Shown here in pieces: positions 16,508 to 21,021 of a stretch of 21,021 bases of DNA (position 1 is the stretch's first letter; each line of letters starts with the position of its first letter). The DNA comes from Candidatus Eiseniibacteriota bacterium (GTDB lineage: Bacteria; Eisenbacteria; RBG-16-71-46; JABDJR01; JAWXBZ01), in NCBI GenBank assembly GCA_034440375.1, contig JAWXBZ010000014.1, positions 1 through 21,021 on the forward strand, read 5' to 3'. The notes beneath the pieces were generated by a model. The model searched no databases and was not told where the DNA came from. It worked only from the letters and a program-made list of their open reading frames with translations. The translations under genes were made by a program, and so were the position numbers.

Positions 16508-17809
16508 TCAGCGAATCAGCAGCACCTTTCGCGATTCCGTCATGCCCGTTTCATCCTGGACGGCCAGGAAGTAGACACCGGCACCGACCGGTCGCCCCTG
16601 TGAATCTGAACCGTCCCATTCGAAGGTCCAGTTGCCCGGCTCGAACCGCCGCTCCGACAGGATCTTGAGGCGGCGGCCGCTGGGCGCAAGGACGGTGACG
16701 CGTAGCTGGCGCGGCTGGTCCAGGGCGACGCGCAGCGTCGTGCGGGCCTGAAATGGGTTGGGCGCCGGGTCCTGGATCAGGTAGCGTGCGGGCGCGTCGG
16801 GGCTGCCATCCGCGGAAGCCGGCGTGGCCAGGAACCAGAGCCGGGCGGTGGCGTCACCGATCAGGAAATCGAGCAGCTGGTTGGCCACCTTGACGCGACC
16901 GGTTTCGGCGGGGTGCGTGCCATCGGCCGCGAAGTCGGTACAGACCCAGGTCAGGCCGTCGCTTCGGGGGACGAGCCCATCGGCCCACAAGTATGGCCCC
17001 CAGGCCAGCCAGGGAGATTCGACGCTTCCGAGATTTGGATCCCAGTTCAGCGCCGGGCTGCCATCGAGCTGTTCTTCGATCAGCCATTTGATCGCGAAGC
17101 CCGATTCGTAGGCGTATGGTTCCGGATTCAACAGCGTGGAGGCATATCCGGCATAAATACGGCTCGACAGGTAGCAAACGCGCGCATTCGGAAAGCGGTT
17201 TCGAATTATCCCCATCACGTTCCGCAATTGGTCCCGCATCAGCTGGGCGGCGCCGGGGAAGCCTTGAGTCGGCCCGGCGTTCGCTTCCTTCAGCCAGACG
17301 GCCTGTACCTGGAGCGGAGTCAGGCTCTGCTGGGAGAGGCGTTGATCGATGACGTCCCAGAATGCGGCGGCGGAATTGGAAATGACAGCCGCGGTGGCGC
17401 CTCCCTGTGCGCCGTTGACGAAATCGACCCGGGGGTTGCGACCGGCATATCCGCCGGCCAGCGATATGAAGGAGGCAAATTCCTGCGATGTGTTGCACAT
17501 GCCGATGCTGACGAATGCGATTCGACCGGTGGCCGCGTCGGGCTGTCCCAATCCGTCGAGCGGCATGATGGCCAGCGCCTCCAGCAGTCCCGACTCCAGG
17601 TGGGCCTGGGGGAGCTGGTTGTTGCCGCCCGGGTATAACCCGCCGGGCACGCCCTTGTAGAGTCCCGATCCGAGATCGATCAGGGGTGGGTATCCCTTGG
17701 ACGTGCTGTCGCAGACAGCCGCCTTTGCCGGCGTGACGGCCAGAATCGGAGACACGAGGATGAGAAGGGCGAGGAGGTGGGGCGCTGTTTTTCGGGCCGG
17801 GAATCGCAT
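16508..17809 (-). CDS. Secreted SGNH/GDSL-like hydrolase-fold protein with C-terminal FlgD-Ig/T9SS-like domain
   Basis: GAGGT RBS before ATG 17809; signal peptide (PAKA-A); SIGMCNT, NGAQGG and DGTHP blocks; tail PNPF..VTV..SGRRLKIL..WDGSDSQGRPVGAGVYF..RKVLLIR. Confidence 0.8.
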   Translation of the reverse strand: MRFPARKTAPHLLALLILVSPILAVTPAKAAVCDSTSKGYPPLIDLGSGLYKGVPGGLYPGGNNQLPQAHLESGLLEALAIMPLDGLGQPDAATGRIAFVSIGMCNTSQEFASFISLAGGYAGRNPRVDFVNGAQGGATAAVISNSAAAFWDVIDQRLSQQSLTPLQVQAVWLKEANAGPTQGFPGAAQLMRDQLRNVMGIIRNRFPNARVCYLSSRIYAGYASTLLNPEPYAYESGFAIKWLIEEQLDGSPALNWDPNLGSVESPWLAWGPYLWADGLVPRSDGLTWVCTDFAADGTHPAETGRVKVANQLLDFLIGDATARLWFLATPASADGSPDAPARYLIQDPAPNPFQARTTLRVALDQPRQLRVTVLAPSGRRLKILSERRFEPGNWTFEWDGSDSQGRPVGAGVYFLAVQDETGMTESRKVLLIR

Positions 17810-17939
17810 GGCAACCTCACGCTGGTTGAAGCCCGAAGGTGCGGGCCTGAATGCCTGGCGAACGGGAGCTCGGGCGCTACTGTTCATTATAAGCCTCTGC
17901 TCAATTTTCGACCTGGCGTCACGGTCGGTATCCGCTGAG

Positions 17940-18842
17940 GTGCGGCGCGCGCCACGGTTCTGGATCGGTGGCGACGTCCATCTGGGTTCTGAACGCCGTG
18001 GGGCGAATGACCCAATTGGCGGAGTCCTCCCGCCGCTGATTCCGATCCTGGCCGACAGCGGGTCGGGACCTACCCCATCCATTCCGCCGGGCATCATCAA
18101 TCTGGAAGGTCCGATTGCGGAGATGGGTGACGATCGGCCGGCCCCTGGCCTTCCAGCCAACGCGGCGGCGGCCCTGGTCGTACTGACGCGGGCCGGGGTG
18201 GCGTTGGTCGGGGTGGCGAACAACCACGCCTACGATCGGGGGGATGCCGGCCTCCTTGCCACCTGTCAGGCCCTGCGGGCCGCGGGGCTTCAGCCGATCG
18301 GTGGGCCGGCCGGTTGGGGACGACTCCTGGTGGGCCAGTGGACAATCGGCGTCGCCGCCATTGATTTGTCGATGTCGCCGTCGCCGTCGATCGCGCACCC
18401 GGTCCTGGTCGAGTATGTGAGGCGCGCCCACCTAGGGTGCGATTTTCTGGTGGTCACCTTTCACGAAACGGCATCCGCCGGCTACAGGCCGACACCGGCG
18501 CTGCGGGCCGCGGTCGACGCGGCACTGGTCGCGGGGGCCGATGTGGTGGCCGCCCACGGCCGGCACACCCCCGGGCCGGTTGAGCGACGCGGGGATGCCG
18601 TGATCGCCTGGGGACTCGGCAACCTGGCCTTTCAGTGTGACTGTACGCAGGAGTCGGACGGCCTGATCCTCGAAATCACCATCATCGCGGCTGATTCCCT
18701 GGCCGCGGCAGTCATTCCGGTGGATGCGGGACTTGAGGGTCGTCCGGCACGTCCCGCCCGCGATCCCGAGGGGCACTTCCGGCTTCTCGAAGCGATTGGC
18801 TCGCCCACGCTCGGCCGATGTTCCCATCGCGGCACATTCTGA
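17940..18842 (+). CDS. CapA/PGA_cap family metallophosphatase-fold protein (start uncertain)
   Basis: GGDVHLG, INLEGP, VANNHAYDRG, VTFH, GADVVAAHGRH, WGLGNL. The frame is open further upstream and the true start may lie there. Confidence 0.85.
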   Translation: MRRAPRFWIGGDVHLGSERRGANDPIGGVLPPLIPILADSGSGPTPSIPPGIINLEGPIAEMGDDRPAPGLPANAAAALVVLTRAGVALVGVANNHAYDRGDAGLLATCQALRAAGLQPIGGPAGWGRLLVGQWTIGVAAIDLSMSPSPSIAHPVLVEYVRRAHLGCDFLVVTFHETASAGYRPTPALRAAVDAALVAGADVVAAHGRHTPGPVERRGDAVIAWGLGNLAFQCDCTQESDGLILEITIIAADSLAAAVIPVDAGLEGRPARPARDPEGHFRLLEAIGSPTLGRCSHRGTF

Positions 18843-18884
18843 CTGGATTCGATGAGGGGCTCCGCCGGAGCCCCGATGACCTCA

Positions 18885-19748
18885 TCAGGCAAAGCCGATC
18901 GTGTCCGCCGCCTCGTCATCGGAAATCGGCCCGCCGAGCTCGTCCTCCAGCGATCGGATCAGGAGAACATTGCGACGGTCGATGGTCGAGAGGCGCGAGT
19001 CGGCATAGGTGGAATCCGGCGCGTACCAGATAAAGCCATGAAAATGCATGACCAGGAATTCCTTCTGAAACGGACGTCCTCGCCGGGCGTAAATCGTGTT
19101 GCGCAACAGGTAGAGATCGCGCCGTGACAGGTCATACAGGTCCGGGATCGTGATCTGACGATCGAGGCGAGAGAGGTCCGCCAGCGGCGAAGTATGAAGG
19201 ACGCCGTCGGTCGCGCCGGGCTCGCCAGCTTGCGTTGAATCGACAAGGCCGAGCCGTTCGCCGAGCAGCATCCGCTCGATCTGTTCGTCCCGGCTCAAAG
19301 AATCGCCCCGCGCCGCCATCGAATCGCCACGAACCAGCAGTCTTTCGCGCCGGGCGGACAGGACGTCATGGGTCAATGACAGGTCGAATCGGGCGATGGT
19401 GGTCGCATTCCGACGATCGACGTCGCTCAGCCGATCCGGATCGAATTGCGCCAGCGGCCGATACCAGGATTGCCGCCCGAAGAAGTCGCGCAGCCAGGCC
19501 CGCCGGAACGGATTACCCGCCCGTGCATAGATCCAGTTTCGCATCAGGCTCAGTTCGCGAAGCGTCCGCCCTTCGAGATCCGATAAAACGATGTCGCGAT
19601 CGGCATACAGAGGGCGTGACCGGGGTTTCAGATCGCCTGCGGTCGACGGCTGTGATGTTGGCGCGGCGAACGGCGCGTCGGGGGCAACCAGAACCAGGAG
19701 CGCCACAACCAGCCAGTTTCTCCCCGGGTGGCCGACGCCGCCGGTCAA
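18885..19748 (-). CDS. Exported protein with two YARHG domains
   Basis: Signal peptide; LSLMRNWIYARAGNPF..LRDFF..WY..LSDVDRRN and LYLLRNTIYARRGRPF..HF..WY..LSTIDRRN; ATGA-coupled to the sulfatase-like gene. Confidence 0.9.
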   Translation of the reverse strand: MTGGVGHPGRNWLVVALLVLVAPDAPFAAPTSQPSTAGDLKPRSRPLYADRDIVLSDLEGRTLRELSLMRNWIYARAGNPFRRAWLRDFFGRQSWYRPLAQFDPDRLSDVDRRNATTIARFDLSLTHDVLSARRERLLVRGDSMAARGDSLSRDEQIERMLLGERLGLVDSTQAGEPGATDGVLHTSPLADLSRLDRQITIPDLYDLSRRDLYLLRNTIYARRGRPFQKEFLVMHFHGFIWYAPDSTYADSRLSTIDRRNVLLIRSLEDELGGPISDDEAADTIGFA

Positions 19749-21019
19749 TGGATGTAACCCTCACCGCGAAGCTGCGCCTCGACTTCTTTGGACAGCGACT
19801 TGCGCTCGACAACCGCCGGGGGGGGCGGGAGGCGTTTCAGGAATTCCGCGAGCCGAACTCCCTGGGCTGTGGCTTCCTCCGTGTTCGAGCGGGCCACATT
19901 CGCGGACTCGGCCGGATCGGCCAGGAGGTCGTACAGCTCCATTCGGCCGGTCAGGCGGTTGATGACGAATTTCCACCGCGGTCCAATGATTGATTCCTCG
20001 AGGCCGAGATCGCGATTGCGCTCGAGCTGGGTCAGGAGCGACCGGCCGGTGGCGGCCGTCTCGAGAGCGGCGCGATCCAGCAACGACAGGCCCGCCAACA
20101 CCGGTGTGGCGGGAGCGCCCGCCGCCGCCCGGATGGTGACCGGCACATCGATCAGGCTCACCAGCGCCGTCGATTTGCCGGCGCCGCCGCCATCCGGATG
20201 CCGGACAAACAGCGGCACGCGCACCGACTCGCCATTGAGCGTCCGGCAATGCCCGACATCGCCATGCTCAAGGAACTCCTCGCCGTGGTCGCCCGCCATG
20301 ACGATGAGGGCGTCCGCCAGGAACGGCATCTCGCGGAAGAGCTCACGGATCGACTCATCGGTGTAGCGAACTTCGGCGTCGTACAGACCCCGCGCAAGTT
20401 CGACGAACCGGGCCGCCTCGGCCGACTTGCGGCGGGGCGGTTTCGGGGGCGAGCCCTTGGCGCCGATCAACAGCGGTCCGTCGACCTTCGTCACCTTACC
20501 GACAAACTGGCGAAACCAGGGGCGGCGTTCCCGGTAGGGGTGGTGCGGGTCGTAGTAGTGAATCCAGAGGAACCATGGCCCACGGCCGCCGGCCACGATG
20601 TCCTTCCAGCGCAGTACCGATCGGGTCACGCTGTCGGCCGTGGTGAATCCGAGGCACCGGTAGCGGTCGAAGCCGCGCCCGTAGCCCATTTCCGGCGCCA
20701 GGTGGGTGTTCGACGCCACGGCGTAGGTTCGATAGCCGAGCTGTTTCAGCTGCTCCGCCAGGATCGGCAGTTCCGCCGGGATGACTTCCTGGTCATAAAT
20801 CTCACCCCGGCCCACGGCGCCATGAACGACCGCATGGGAGACGGGATAGAGCCCGGTCAGCATCGACACCACCGCGGGCACCGTCCAGGACGAGGTGCTG
20901 TGGGCATTGGTGTAGACAATGGCGGTCGACGCCAGCGAATCGAGAAACGGCGTCGTCGGCCGTCTGGACCCCCCGAAGCCGGTGGCATCGGCGCGAATCG
21001 TGTCGATGGTCAGGAGGAG
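19745..21019 (-). CDS. Sulfatase-like protein (alkaline phosphatase superfamily), 5' truncated by window edge
   Basis: Frame is open to the window end: LLLTIDTIRAD..TTPFLD..SSWTVPAVVSMLTG, then HYYDPHHPY, YDAEVRYTD, GDHGEEFLEHG, ELYDLLADPAE, QLRGEGYI. Confidence 0.92.
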   Translation of the reverse strand, partial: LLLTIDTIRADATGFGGSRRPTTPFLDSLASTAIVYTNAHSTSSWTVPAVVSMLTGLYPVSHAVVHGAVGRGEIYDQEVIPAELPILAEQLKQLGYRTYAVASNTHLAPEMGYGRGFDRYRCLGFTTADSVTRSVLRWKDIVAGGRGPWFLWIHYYDPHHPYRERRPWFRQFVGKVTKVDGPLLIGAKGSPPKPPRRKSAEAARFVELARGLYDAEVRYTDESIRELFREMPFLADALIVMAGDHGEEFLEHGDVGHCRTLNGESVRVPLFVRHPDGGGAGKSTALVSLIDVPVTIRAAAGAPATPVLAGLSLLDRAALETAATGRSLLTQLERNRDLGLEESIIGPRWKFVINRLTGRMELYDLLADPAESANVARSNTEEATAQGVRLAEFLKRLPPPPAVVERKSLSKEVEAQLRGEGYIH

Positions 21020-21021
21020 AA

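Noticed and set aside
17697-18223. Apparent long head-to-head overlap of the 571-aa and 381-aa ORFs
   Set aside because: The RBS and signal peptide place the minus-strand start at 17809, and the CapA motifs begin only after about 17960.
1-21021. tRNA/rRNA, CRISPR, transposase, integrase, phage or defence genes
   Set aside because: None recognised; almost all of the sequence is explained by CDSs with short spacers.

Overview
GC-rich, gene-dense bacterial chromosomal window with about 19 CDSs and one pseudogene. I saw no RNA genes, CRISPR arrays or mobile elements. Housekeeping and stress genes: the 3' end of pgi, a CPD photolyase, a PfpI/DJ-1 protein and two flavoproteins. Many genes encode envelope or secreted proteins: an FN3 lipoprotein, two beta-barrels, a lamin-tail-domain protein, a DUF4932-like/PDZ protein, an OmpA-like lipoprotein, an AttEFGH-like ABC exporter with a lipocalin/CrtC-like partner, a MauL-like cupredoxin-fold protein, an SGNH-like hydrolase with a FlgD-Ig tail, CapA, a double-YARHG protein and a sulfatase-like protein. 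A C-terminal SWGxVK tail and a FlgD-Ig/T9SS-like tail suggest an FCB-superphylum candidate phylum such as Eisenbacteria/Krumholzibacteria (inference only). The most interesting signals are: (i) two different putative C-terminal sorting signals; (ii) several exported proteins with altered catalytic or metal-binding residues; (iii) a gene broken over three reading frames that the ORF track misses; (iv) OmpR/CpxR-type direct repeats and probable leaderless promoters. All family assignments come from motif recognition by eye, not database searches.
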